The notes under the pieces: generated by a model | Seen by the model: only the letters and a program-made list of their open reading frames with translations | Database searches by the model: none | Told to the model about the DNA's origin: nothing | Shown: positions 51,816 to 61,934 of the stretch, one piece after another | How the letters are laid out: every line of letters begins with the position of its first letter | How positions within the stretch are numbered: the stretch's first letter is position 1 | Position numbers and translations under genes: made by a program | Assembly: GCA_963765675.1 (NCBI GenBank) | Contig: CAVXXK010000003.1 | Coordinates: 384,001 to 448,000 of the forward strand | DNA length: 64,000 nucleotides | Origin: an uncultured delta proteobacterium | GTDB taxonomy: Bacteria; Desulfobacterota; Binatia; Binatales; Binataceae | Direction of reading: 5' to 3'

Positions 51816-53282
51816 ATGGCGGCGGAAAAGGATCGCGCTCGGCGATGGCCGGGCGCGGCGGCGCAGCCGGTCGAGATCTTCGGCGCGGTGTTTGCCGTCG
51901 CCGCGATTTTCTATTCGTTCCATCTGGGCCGAGACCCGCTCGGCGCAAGCGAGGCGTACAGCGCTTACGCGGCGACGCGCCCTGGCGTTGGCGCGATCAT
52001 TCATATCCCGATCGCCGACGATCCCGGCAAGCAGCTTCTCTATTACATCGTCCTGCACTACTGGACGATGATTTTTGGCGCGCACGAGGCTGGGCTGCGC
52101 GCGATGTCGGTGGTTTTCGGCCTCGGCGCGATCGCGATGATCTTCGCGCTCGGACGCGATCTGTTCGACGACGCCGCGGGCGCCGGCGCAGCCGCGATGT
52201 GGGCGTTTAATCCGTTGGCCACGGTGTTTTCGTACCGGGCGCGGATGTACACGATGCTGATCGCTTTCGCGCTGGCGCATGTGTATGCGCTTCGCCGCAC
52301 GCGCGAGCGTTCAAGTATCGGATGGACGCTCGCCTGCGCGGTAAGCGGTGCGGCGGTCATCTACACCCACCTCGGCGGCGTCGCGATTCTGGCCGCTGAG
52401 GCCGCAATTCTAATCCGCGATTTCACGTGCGGGCGGCGGCGTATTGCACCGTGGCTGGGGCTCGCCGGCGCCGCTCTGCTCTTCGCTCCATACCTTCCCA
52501 TCGCGAGCGCTCAGAGCCGGGTGCTGATCGCCGGACACTGGCTCGACTGGATCGGGCCGGCTTATCACTATTCCATCGCGACGAAGCTGATCGTGGCAGG
52601 TGGCGCTATCGCAATCACGCTGTGGATGGTTTTCGGCCGCGCGATCGAAGCCGGTGACGAACCGTTGCGGTTCTGCCTGCTTTGGATCGCGCTCCCGATT
52701 CTCGCGTTTTCCGCCGGATCGATAGCGGTACGGCCGATGTTCCAGATTCGGTACGTATCGCCATCGCTCGCGATGCTTCCGGTCCTCGCCGCAGGATTGC
52801 TCGCAATGGCCGGATCGTGGGTGCGCAATGTCGCGGTGGTGGCCGTCACCGCCCTGATGCTTGCCACCGCGCTCTCGATTCGATTGGTCAATCAGCCGTG
52901 GGGCGCGGCCGCGCGGATGGTGGCGGATGCGGATCGTCCAGACCAACCGATCTTCTTCGAGTCCGGCTTCGTCACTCCGGGTGCGGCTCCAAAAGCCGCC
53001 AATCCGGGTTTTCCGCGCGGCTACTATTCGCTTCCGTTCGATTACTACTTTCACGGCGCGAACCCTCGCCTGACGATCCCTCCATATGATCCTGCCGCCG
53101 CGCGCGCGGAGATCCAGAGTGCTGTGGCGCGCGCAGGAGGCGCATGGCTCGTCACCTGGATGGACGACGCGGGCGCGCGGGCGGAGCTGCCCGACCCGGC
53201 GCAATTCACCTCGACGCTAAGGTTGCGCGGCGAACGGATGATGCTGTTCCGGATCGTCCCGGCGAGCCCAGCGCCAGGATAA
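51816..53282 (+). CDS. GT-C (family 39/PMT-like) membrane glycosyltransferase
   Basis: SEAYS, LLYY..LH.W, LRAMS, RARMY, YTH; multi-TM. Confidence 0.75.
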   Translation: MAAEKDRARRWPGAAAQPVEIFGAVFAVAAIFYSFHLGRDPLGASEAYSAYAATRPGVGAIIHIPIADDPGKQLLYYIVLHYWTMIFGAHEAGLRAMSVVFGLGAIAMIFALGRDLFDDAAGAGAAAMWAFNPLATVFSYRARMYTMLIAFALAHVYALRRTRERSSIGWTLACAVSGAAVIYTHLGGVAILAAEAAILIRDFTCGRRRIAPWLGLAGAALLFAPYLPIASAQSRVLIAGHWLDWIGPAYHYSIATKLIVAGGAIAITLWMVFGRAIEAGDEPLRFCLLWIALPILAFSAGSIAVRPMFQIRYVSPSLAMLPVLAAGLLAMAGSWVRNVAVVAVTALMLATALSIRLVNQPWGAAARMVADADRPDQPIFFESGFVTPGAAPKAANPGFPRGYYSLPFDYYFHGANPRLTIPPYDPAAARAEIQSAVARAGGAWLVTWMDDAGARAELPDPAQFTSTLRLRGERMMLFRIVPASPAPG

Positions 53283-53285
53283 AGC

Positions 53286-55349
53286 CTACGGCTTCGCGGG
53301 CACCGATGGCACAGCCGGCGGCAAATCGAGCGTTGGACCGCCTATGCGGATCGGCACTATTACCAGGCTCAGTCCGTAGAGTTGTAGCCAGCTTTGAATA
53401 TCCAACGAGGTATGGTTGTTAAGAAAACGTTCGCCGAATCGCTCGAGTTCATCGGTAAATACGAGCTTACCCGCGAAATACACGACCTGCGTGAACTCGT
53501 GCGCGATCTCAAGGCATAGGCGGCGCAGCTCGAGCACCACGTCGGGACCGATCGCCGAGCGCAGCTCCGGATGCAGTCCCAGATCGCCGGCGAAGCGGCA
53601 ATACTCCTGCAAGTCTTCGGCAATTCTTTGTTCTAGCGCCTTGACCTCTTCGGGACCCTTGAGCAGCGCCGAATCAACCTCGCCCACCGAAACGAAGACG
53701 ACGTTGCGGAACTGATCGTGAAACAGGCGCGTAATCGTCAGCAGCGACGCGAGCCCGAGGCCGTTGAATCCGTTGACCAGGATCGCGGCCGTGGGTGCGT
53801 CGGGATCGTACGGCGCGGGTTGTTTCTTTTCGATCTGGTAAAGCTGCGGAAGAATTTGGGTCTCGAGCTGCTCGACCGCCTTTCGGACCCGGGCGTAGTA
53901 GCTATGCACCGCGTAACAGATCGAGATCAGCGCGCCGGTTATCAACACCGTAACCCATCCGCCTTCGAAGAACTTGAGCGTCAGAGTCAGCAGCAGGATC
54001 GCAAACGTGAACAGGCATCCGATCCCATTGATACACAACCGTCGGCGCCACTTCGGATCGCTCTTGCGCTCACGCCACCAGTGCACGCTCATCCCGAGTT
54101 GCGACAGGGTGAAGGTCACGAACACGTTGATCGCGTACAGGATCACCAGGATTCCGACTCGCGCGTGGGTGCCGGTAAGAATAAGGATCGCCGCCACGCC
54201 CATCGCGATCACGCCGTCCTGCGTAACCAGCCGTCCGCTCAAGTTCGCGAAGCGCCTCGGCAGCCATCGGTCGATCGCCATCGTAGACAGAACCCGCGGA
54301 CCGTCGATAAACCCAGTCTGCGCGGCCACGAACAGCAGCGCGCCCTCGGTCAGAAGCGCGAACGTGATAATCGGCGTGCCGACCCCGAAGCCGCCGAGCT
54401 TCCAGCCCCCCGCGATATGCTGAAACATCACTGCGTTGAGCGTCATTCCGCGCTGCGGCTCGACATGTTCGAGCAGATAGCCAATCAATATTCCGCCGGC
54501 GATAAACGCTAGCGAGAATGCCATGTACAGCATCGTGCGTTTGCCGGTCACTGTGCGCGGCTCGCGCAAAATCGGCAGTCCATTGCTGACCGCCTCGATC
54601 CCGGTGTAGGTTCCCGCGCCCATGCTGTAGGCGCGGAAGAAGATCGCCGCCATCGCGAAAAATCCCAGCGCGTCGAAACCGTGCCGGGTCTCCGCGATCG
54701 CGCCGTGCATGATCATGGGTAACTGCCCAGCCCTCGAGAGCAGCGCGTACCCGACCAGCCATAAATGCATCACGACGAACGCGAGGAAGATCGGCACCAG
54801 CGATAGCACCGATTCTTTCACCCCGCGCAGATTCATCCCGACCATCAGGACAACCACCAGGATGCAGACCCAGAATTTGAGCCACAGGAGATCGGGCGGC
54901 AGGAAACTGAAGATCGCGTCGGCGCCGCTCGCGATCGAAACCGAGATCGTCAGCACGTAGTCGATCACCAGCGCGCATCCCGAGACCACCCCGGCATACG
55001 GGCCAAGCAGCTTGGTCGCGACCAGGTATCCGCCGCCGCCGGTCGGGAACAGATCGATCGTCTGCGAGTACGAGGCCGAGATGACGAACACCGTCAGCGC
55101 CGTCATCAGCGCAAGGAATATCGCCAGATACTGATGCGGCCCGAGCGCAAGAAACGCTTCCTCGGGTCCGTAGCACGACGAGCTCAGACCGTCGGACCCA
55201 AGGCCGACCCACGCCAGAAACGCGATCAATGACAGCGAGTGAAAGATTCCGGGATCGCGCACGTCGCGAGCGGGGCCGATAATAACCTCGCTCAGCGTGC
55301 GATGCGCTTCTGGTTGGGAATCAGTTCTCTTGGGGGGCTTCCGGTCCAT
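53286..55349 (-). CDS. APC family permease (KimA-like)
   Basis: DGLSSSCYGPEE, GGGGY, DYVLT, TGIEAVSNG, LYAINVF. Confidence 0.85.
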   Translation of the reverse strand: MDRKPPKRTDSQPEAHRTLSEVIIGPARDVRDPGIFHSLSLIAFLAWVGLGSDGLSSSCYGPEEAFLALGPHQYLAIFLALMTALTVFVISASYSQTIDLFPTGGGGYLVATKLLGPYAGVVSGCALVIDYVLTISVSIASGADAIFSFLPPDLLWLKFWVCILVVVLMVGMNLRGVKESVLSLVPIFLAFVVMHLWLVGYALLSRAGQLPMIMHGAIAETRHGFDALGFFAMAAIFFRAYSMGAGTYTGIEAVSNGLPILREPRTVTGKRTMLYMAFSLAFIAGGILIGYLLEHVEPQRGMTLNAVMFQHIAGGWKLGGFGVGTPIITFALLTEGALLFVAAQTGFIDGPRVLSTMAIDRWLPRRFANLSGRLVTQDGVIAMGVAAILILTGTHARVGILVILYAINVFVTFTLSQLGMSVHWWRERKSDPKWRRRLCINGIGCLFTFAILLLTLTLKFFEGGWVTVLITGALISICYAVHSYYARVRKAVEQLETQILPQLYQIEKKQPAPYDPDAPTAAILVNGFNGLGLASLLTITRLFHDQFRNVVFVSVGEVDSALLKGPEEVKALEQRIAEDLQEYCRFAGDLGLHPELRSAIGPDVVLELRRLCLEIAHEFTQVVYFAGKLVFTDELERFGERFLNNHTSLDIQSWLQLYGLSLVIVPIRIGGPTLDLPPAVPSVPAKP

Positions 55350-55417
55350 TCCAGATTCCCGTTAGCCACGGGCCAGCGTCAAACTAGGGGAATTCCGGTA
55401 ACGGATCAAAGCCCGGC

Positions 55418-56320
55418 TTAGATTGAGTAAGCCGCGCGCGCCAGTCCGAGCTGGTAGCGGGCCGCGTCGACTAGATTCTGCATCAGCGCGACCACGGTCA
55501 TCGGTCCGGTCCCGCCGGGATTGAGCGTAATCCATCCGGCGACTTTCTTGACTGCTTCGAAATCGACGTCGCCCGCGAACTTGCCAGGGCCGACCCGCCG
55601 GAAGCCGACGTCGATCACGCATGCGCCAGGTTTCACCATGTCCGCGGTGATCAGGAAGCTGCGGCCAACGTCTGCGCCGACGCACGAGACGAGGATATCT
55701 GCCTCGCGGCAGATCGCCCCGAGATCTTTCGTATGCCGATGGCACCAGGTCACGGTCGCGTTGCGCAGCCTGCCACCCAGGATCAGCGCCGCAGGCTTGC
55801 CCGCGATATCGCTGCGTCCGATCACTGTCGCGCGCGCTCCATCGACCGGTACTTTGTAATAATCCAGAAAGGTGAGGATCCCGCGCGGCGTGCACGGCAC
55901 GAAGGTTCCCCATTGTCCGCGGTAGAAGCCGCTGACGCTCGCGGCGCCGACGCCGTCGAGATCTTTCAGTGGCGCGATCGCGTCAAACAGCCGGAAGCGA
56001 TCCACCCGTTCGGGAACCGGAAGCTGAATCAGGACGCCTGTCGTCTCCGGGTCGCGGTTGATCCCGTCGATAACCTCGAGCAGGCCGTCAGTGGTCGCTT
56101 CGGCACCGGCGATTCTCAGGATGTTGGCGGAAAAGCCCAGCTCCGACGCCATCTTGATCTTGTTGCGTACGTATTGATGCGACGCGGGATCGTTGCCGAC
56201 CAGGATCGTGACCAGCTTCGGCACCACGCGATGACGCTCCGCCAATTCAGCCGCATGCCGCCTGAGTTCGGGCATCAGATGCGCCCGCAGCGCGCGTCCG
56301 TCCATGATTACCGTGGTCAT
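55418..56320 (-). CDS. folD: Methylenetetrahydrofolate dehydrogenase/cyclohydrolase
   Basis: PASHQYVRNK, LIQLP, KDLDG, PCTP.G, GRS.IAGKP, PGGTGPMT. Confidence 0.95.
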   Translation of the reverse strand: MTTVIMDGRALRAHLMPELRRHAAELAERHRVVPKLVTILVGNDPASHQYVRNKIKMASELGFSANILRIAGAEATTDGLLEVIDGINRDPETTGVLIQLPVPERVDRFRLFDAIAPLKDLDGVGAASVSGFYRGQWGTFVPCTPRGILTFLDYYKVPVDGARATVIGRSDIAGKPAALILGGRLRNATVTWCHRHTKDLGAICREADILVSCVGADVGRSFLITADMVKPGACVIDVGFRRVGPGKFAGDVDFEAVKKVAGWITLNPGGTGPMTVVALMQNLVDAARYQLGLARAAYSI

Positions 56321-56458
56321 TAGCGATTCACTCGGCGATTCACTCGAATATAGCACGCCGCCAAGCGGGGCAAGCCGCTGTGGATAAACGGTCCGCTGTG
56401 GGCAGACCCGCGCGGGTTGTCTCGTTGGTTATCTTGCGCTCTGTTAAATTATCGCCAG

Positions 56459-57589
56459 ATGAACGCGCCGATGCGCACCGCACTTTTTCCCCTCCACCAG
56501 AAACTCCACGCTCGGATGACGGTTTTCGGTGGTTTCGAGATGCCGGTCAGCTATGCCGGGATCATCGAGGAGCATCGCGCGGTGCGCGCGGCGGCGGGAA
56601 TCTTCGACTTGAGCCACATGGGCGAATTCGAACTGCGCGGTCCGCGCGCACTCGACTTGCTGGAGCGCGCGTTTACCAATTCGGCCGCGCGCCTGCGCAT
56701 CGGCCAGGCGCAGTACACGATCATGTGCGCCGACGACGGCGGCACGATCGATGATCTGATCGTCTATCGCCTCGGCGACGAGCATTACATGCTGTGCGTC
56801 AATGCCTCGAATATCGAGGCCGATCGCGAGGCGATCCTCGCGCTCAATACCAAGGGAGCTGAGTTTCGCGACCTTAGCGATGAGACCGCACTGGTTGCGA
56901 TTCAGGGACCGCAGGCTGTCGCGCTGTCAGCGCCGCTCGCGAATTTTCCTCTCGCTGAGGTTCCGCGCTTCGGCGTGGCGCAAGGCTCGATCGCCGGCGC
57001 GAAATGCATCGCGGCGCGCACCGGATATACCGGCGAGGACGGATTCGAGTTCTTCACCGCGCCGGGCGATGCGACCGACCTATTCCAGGCGCTCCTCGAC
57101 GCGGGGCTGAACGTCGGCGCACTGCCTTGCGGCCTCGGCGCGCGCGACACCCTGCGGCTCGAAGCCGGACTCCCGCTCTATGGTCACGAACTGGATCGTG
57201 AGACCTCGCCGCTCGAAGCAGGGCTCGGAATCTTCGTAAAGCTCGAGCGCGATTTCGCTGGCGCCGCCGCCCTGCGCGCTCAGCGCGAGCGCGGTCCGGC
57301 CAAGCGCCTTGTCGGTCTGCGCACCGACGACGGCCGCAGCATCGCACGCCAGGGTTACAAGCTTTTTTCCGGAGGCCGCGAAGCGGGAGCCGTGACCAGC
57401 GGCACGTTTGCGCCGACAATCGACCGCCCGATCGCGATGGGCTATCTCACGACTGGCGAGATTCATCCGCAAAGCACGAACACCGGCGCGCTGGAAGTCG
57501 AAATACGCAACCGCCGAGTCGCGGCGACACGCGTACCCATTCCGTTTTACCGACGGACGTTTATGAAAAAGGAAGCAAGGTTATCTTGA
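56459..57589 (+). CDS. gcvT: Glycine cleavage aminomethyltransferase T
   Basis: FDLSHMGE, RTGYTGEDGFE, GLGARDTLRLEAG, YGHEL. Confidence 0.96.
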   Translation: MNAPMRTALFPLHQKLHARMTVFGGFEMPVSYAGIIEEHRAVRAAAGIFDLSHMGEFELRGPRALDLLERAFTNSAARLRIGQAQYTIMCADDGGTIDDLIVYRLGDEHYMLCVNASNIEADREAILALNTKGAEFRDLSDETALVAIQGPQAVALSAPLANFPLAEVPRFGVAQGSIAGAKCIAARTGYTGEDGFEFFTAPGDATDLFQALLDAGLNVGALPCGLGARDTLRLEAGLPLYGHELDRETSPLEAGLGIFVKLERDFAGAAALRAQRERGPAKRLVGLRTDDGRSIARQGYKLFSGGREAGAVTSGTFAPTIDRPIAMGYLTTGEIHPQSTNTGALEVEIRNRRVAATRVPIPFYRRTFMKKEARLS

Positions 57590-58950
57590 TGAGATTCCTG
57601 CCGCAGACCGAGGCGGATATCGCCGCGATGCTGAAGACGATTGGCGCGCCGAGCCTCGACGCACTAATCGCGCATGTGCCGGAGATCCTGCGCGACCGCG
57701 CCGCGATCAACCTCGCGCCCGGCCGCGGCGAGGCCGAGGTTGCCGCCGAGCTCTCCGCGCTCGCAGCGATGAACGCGGGCGCGAGCGGCTACGCGAGCTT
57801 TCTCGGCGCGGGCTACTATCGCCATTACGTTCCCGCCGCGGTCCGCGCGATCACAGCACGCGCTGAATTCGCGACCAGCTACACGCCCTATCAGGCCGAG
57901 GCCAGCCAGGGCACGACGCAGGCGATTTTCGAATTCCAGACGCTCATCACCCAGCTCACCGCGATGGACGTCGCCAACGCCAGCATGTACGACGGCGCGT
58001 CGGCCGCCGCCGAGGCTGTCCTGATGGCAAGGCGCGTAATGCCGAAGCGTCGTGTCGTCGCGCTGTCGCGCGCGCTGTGGCCCGACTACCGAGCGACCAT
58101 TCGCACTTATCTGAGCGCGCTCGATGGAATCGAGATCATCGAGATCCCGTTTGACGACGCATCCGGCGCGATCGATCTCTCCGCGCTCGAGGCGATCGCA
58201 GGCGACGCGCTCCTCTGCGCAGTGCTCGGCTATCCGAATGCGTTCGGCGTGATTGAGCCACTGCGCGCCGCCGCCGATATAATGCATCGCGCCGGAGCGA
58301 TGATGATCTCCGCGACCGCCGAAGGTCTTGCACTCGGTCTGCTGAAGCCGCCCGGAGAGCTGGGAGCCGATATCGTGGTTGGCGAGGGCCAGAGCTTTGG
58401 CCTCGCACTTCAATTCGGCGGACCCGGCTTGGGCTTCATGGCCGCGCACACCGCGCATCTGCGCCAGATGCCGGGACGGCTGGTCGGACAGACTCGCGAT
58501 CGCGACGGGCGGCGCGCCTTCTGCCTGACACTCTCGACCCGCGAACAACATATTCGCCGCGAACGCGCAACTTCGAACATCTGCACCAATCATTCGCTCT
58601 GCGCGCTCGCCGCCGCGGTCTATCTTTCGCAAATGGGCAGGAGCGGATTGCGCGAGCTTGCGGAGCGCAATGTCGAGCTCGCCCACGCGGCAGCCGACGC
58701 ATTCGCCTCACGCGGAATCCGCAGACGCTTCAGCGGCCAGTTCTTCAACGAGTTTACGATCGCCGCGCCGCGTCCAGCGGCCGCTCTGGAAGCCGCCGAG
58801 CGCAAGCGGATTCTCGCCGGCGTCGCGCTCGCTCCGGACTATCCCGAGATTCCCGACGGTCTGTTGATCGCCGTGACCGAAATGAACCATCGCGCCGAGT
58901 TCGACGCGCTCGCGCACGCGTTACAAGAAGTACAGACGGAGAAGCGCTGA
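57586..58950 (+). CDS. gcvPA: Glycine dehydrogenase subunit 1
   Basis: SFLGAG, YTPYQAEASQG, NASMYDG, REQHIRRERATSNICTN. Confidence 0.96.
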   Translation: MMRFLPQTEADIAAMLKTIGAPSLDALIAHVPEILRDRAAINLAPGRGEAEVAAELSALAAMNAGASGYASFLGAGYYRHYVPAAVRAITARAEFATSYTPYQAEASQGTTQAIFEFQTLITQLTAMDVANASMYDGASAAAEAVLMARRVMPKRRVVALSRALWPDYRATIRTYLSALDGIEIIEIPFDDASGAIDLSALEAIAGDALLCAVLGYPNAFGVIEPLRAAADIMHRAGAMMISATAEGLALGLLKPPGELGADIVVGEGQSFGLALQFGGPGLGFMAAHTAHLRQMPGRLVGQTRDRDGRRAFCLTLSTREQHIRRERATSNICTNHSLCALAAAVYLSQMGRSGLRELAERNVELAHAAADAFASRGIRRRFSGQFFNEFTIAAPRPAAALEAAERKRILAGVALAPDYPEIPDGLLIAVTEMNHRAEFDALAHALQEVQTEKR

Positions 58951-60479
58951 TGGCGACGGCCGGAAAAATCTCGCGAATCATTCCGATCCACGATGCTGCT
59001 GACGCGGCGCGCGATGCCGATACTCAACCTGTCGGCACGCCGCTCATCTTCGAGCTCTCCTCCGACGGCCGCAGCGGCGCCGACCTCGCCCCGCGCGCCG
59101 CTGGCGAGCGATCAGGAGCGGAGATCCTCGGCCCCGAACTCTGCCGCGACGATCTGCCCGGATTCCCCGAGCTCAGCGAGCCGCAGGTGATGCGCCATTT
59201 TCTGCGCCTGTCGCAGCTCAACTTCGCTCAGGCGCTCCAGTTCTATCCGCTCGGCTCATGCACGATGAAGTACAACCCCGTGATCAATGACGAAATGGCG
59301 GCGCTCGGCGGTTTCGCTAGTCTGCATCCGCTCGCGCCCGCGCATCTGGCCCAGGGCGCGCTCGAGTTGATGGCGCGCCTGGAAGCCGCGCTCGCCGAGA
59401 TCACCGGGATGGACGCGATATCGCTGCATCCAGCGGCCGGCGCGCAAGGCGAGTTAACAGGCCTCTTATGTGCGCGCGCGTACCATCGAAAGCGCGGTGA
59501 GTCGCGGCGCAAGGTGATCATCCCCGACACCGCGCACGGCACCAATCCCGCCAGTTGTACGCTCGCTGGATATGAAGTCGTGGTCGCAAAGTCGAACAGC
59601 CGCGACTTTATCGAAGCGTCGGAAGTGCGCCGCCTGGTCGATAGCGACACCGCGGCCATGATGGTCACGAATCCGAACACGCTTGGAATTTTCGAGCCGC
59701 AGATCGCCGAGATCGCGGCCGCGTTGCACGACAAAGGCGCGTTGCTTTACATGGACGGCGCGAACATGAACGCGCTGATGGGCGTCGCGAAGCCCGGTCA
59801 CATGGGGGCAGATATCGTGCAGTTAAATCTGCACAAGACCTTCTCGACTCCGCACGGCGGCGGCGGTCCGGGCGCAGGACCGATCGGCGTCACGCGTGCG
59901 CTCGAACCGTTCCTGCCAGTGCCGCGATTAAAGAAGACCGCCCTCGGATGGACTCTCGACAGCAAGCGTCCCGACTCAATTGGACGGATGCGCTCGTTTC
60001 ACGGGAACTTCGGGATGCTGGTGCGCGCGTACACCTACATCCTGGCGCTGGGCGGAGACGGGCTCGCGCAGGCGAGTCGGCTCGCGATCCTGGGCGCGAA
60101 TTATTTGCGCAAGCGCCTTGAAGATCATTTTCCCGCGGCCTCGGTGGAACCCTCGATGCACGAATGCGTGCTCGAGCACGATCTGGAAAAGCGCACCGGC
60201 GTTTCGACGCTCGAAATCGCCAAACGCCTGCTCGACTTCGGCGTGCATCCGCCGACCATCTATTTTCCGCTGGTCGTGCATGGAGCTCTGATGATCGAGC
60301 CGACTGAAACCGAGACCAAGGAAGTGCTCGACGCGTTCGTCGCGACAATGGAGCGAATTTACATCGAGGCGCTGAACGATCCCGACCTGGTGAAGACCGC
60401 GCCGCACTCGCTGAAACTCTCGCGCGTCGATGAAGCCGAGGCCGCGCGCCGCCCAATCCTGCGCTGGCAGCCGAAGTGA
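58950..60479 (+). CDS. gcvPB: Glycine dehydrogenase subunit 2
   Basis: PLGSCTMKYNP, AHGTNPAS, NLHKTFSTPHGGGGPG, IEPTETE. Confidence 0.96.
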   Translation: MATAGKISRIIPIHDAADAARDADTQPVGTPLIFELSSDGRSGADLAPRAAGERSGAEILGPELCRDDLPGFPELSEPQVMRHFLRLSQLNFAQALQFYPLGSCTMKYNPVINDEMAALGGFASLHPLAPAHLAQGALELMARLEAALAEITGMDAISLHPAAGAQGELTGLLCARAYHRKRGESRRKVIIPDTAHGTNPASCTLAGYEVVVAKSNSRDFIEASEVRRLVDSDTAAMMVTNPNTLGIFEPQIAEIAAALHDKGALLYMDGANMNALMGVAKPGHMGADIVQLNLHKTFSTPHGGGGPGAGPIGVTRALEPFLPVPRLKKTALGWTLDSKRPDSIGRMRSFHGNFGMLVRAYTYILALGGDGLAQASRLAILGANYLRKRLEDHFPAASVEPSMHECVLEHDLEKRTGVSTLEIAKRLLDFGVHPPTIYFPLVVHGALMIEPTETETKEVLDAFVATMERIYIEALNDPDLVKTAPHSLKLSRVDEAEAARRPILRWQPK

Positions 60480-60492
60480 GGCGCGCCGCGCG

Positions 60493-60843
60493 CTACTCGC
60501 GATCGGTGCTCCGGAGCATCTCGAAAATCAGCGCAAGATTGTCTCTGACTGTATCGCGGAACATGCTGATCAGTTCGGGCTCGTCCCCCGGCATCGGCAT
60601 CGCGGCAAGAATCGCATGGCTGGACTTTTTCAGACGCTCGGCAAATGCGGGAGCATCGCCGGAGAGCTTGGCGACTTCGCCGGCCAGCGCCGCAACGGCG
60701 ATATTGGTCGCGACCAGTTGCAGCGCCTGCTGCGAAACCATTTCGACGATCTGCTCGTCCAGCCCCGGCGTCTCGTCTTCGGGCTCGGGGCCACCGGGCA
60801 GAATCAATTGCGAACCTTTGCGATCGCGATGGTTAGGTGACAC
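60493..60843 (-). CDS. Hypothetical protein (116 aa)
   Basis: GTG start with GAGGAG RBS; helical acidic protein. Confidence 0.6.
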   Translation of the reverse strand: MSPNHRDRKGSQLILPGGPEPEDETPGLDEQIVEMVSQQALQLVATNIAVAALAGEVAKLSGDAPAFAERLKKSSHAILAAMPMPGDEPELISMFRDTVRDNLALIFEMLRSTDRE

Positions 60844-61000
60844 GGTGGCTCCTCGCGCGGCGCAAATAATTCAGTGGCCCGTTCGACCGCGCGTCTGCCC
60901 AGTTGTCGCGCAACCCGCGTCCGCGCGCAACCTGCGCGTGCCTGGCCAACTCGCTATTTGTGCAGAAAGCTGCGTCAATCTTCGCGCAGTTCGCCCGTTT

Positions 61001-61277
61001 GTGTCATTCCCGTGCGCGTGGCTGCCGCGCGCGACGAATCCCGGACGGAGGCCGCTGCATGCAGTGTGTACTCGGAGCATGAACGCCTCGGGATTTCTCC
61101 CTTCGGTCGAAATGACGGATGTAGGCTTGACGCATCAAGATCGTAGCCTCAGTTGAGCCCCATCCGTCATTCCGAGCCATAGGCGAGGAATCTCGGGGCG
61201 TCCATGCTCCGAGTCCACGCTTCATACTGTGACCTCTCGTACGGGATTCACCCGGCGGCCACGCGCGGCAATGACAA
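61001..61277. repeat. Long imperfect inverted repeat built from two GTCAT...ATGAC REP-like units
   Basis: 61001-61131 is the diverged reverse complement of 61152-61277, with a ~20-nt loop. Confidence 0.8.
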
Positions 61278-61292
61278 CAGAGTGGGCTCCAC

Positions 61293-61925
61293 TCAACGCC
61301 GCGAGGTTGACGCCGCGAGCCGAAGAGCGCGGGCGTAATCGGCGGGGGTGTTGACGTTGACGAAGCTCAGCAGCTTGGGGTCGCGGGCGCGAAGCTCATC
61401 CTCGACGACTCGCCGCGTCCGCACTACATCTGCGATCGTGCTTAGTCGGTTCTCTCCTCGCCCAGACATCGCGCGCAACGCGGCGGCGGCGGCGTGTCGT
61501 CGATAAGCCGCGTGGAGCGGCTGGAGTCTCTCACCCACGAATGGAATCACCGCTTCGTAGCCGGGCAGCATCGCCAGGAGTCCGACGGCGACGCGCGCGT
61601 CGAGCATCGGCAGATCGCACGAGCAGGCAAACGCCGCGTCGGCGCGAGCAGCGTCAAGACCGCGCGCGAGTGCGAGTACAGGACCCGCGTATTCGCGATC
61701 GTCGCGGATAACCCTCGCATTGCGCGGTATCGCGAGCGGCGCTCCGGCGGCATCCGCGGCTGCGACAACTACGATGTCGTCGAAGAATTTGCCGAGCTCG
61801 ACGATGGTCCGCTCGAGCAGCGTCGAATCGCCGAATCGCAACGTGGCCTTCTGCTGGCCCATCCGCGAGCTTCGTCCGCCGGCCAGCACAATCGCCGAGC
61901 GGGGGATTTCGCCACTCGAACTCAT
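61293..61925 (-). CDS. mobA: Molybdenum cofactor guanylyltransferase
   Basis: LAGGRSSRMGQQKA, GP, CDLP, QPLHAAY, NVNTPADY. Confidence 0.92.
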   Translation of the reverse strand: MSSSGEIPRSAIVLAGGRSSRMGQQKATLRFGDSTLLERTIVELGKFFDDIVVVAAADAAGAPLAIPRNARVIRDDREYAGPVLALARGLDAARADAAFACSCDLPMLDARVAVGLLAMLPGYEAVIPFVGERLQPLHAAYRRHAAAAALRAMSGRGENRLSTIADVVRTRRVVEDELRARDPKLLSFVNVNTPADYARALRLAASTSRR

Positions 61926-61934
61926 CGGAAGAAT

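Noticed and set aside
56321-56458. Glycine riboswitch upstream of gcvT
   Set aside because: Spacer is only ~140 bp, shared with divergent folD, with no recognisable aptamer motifs
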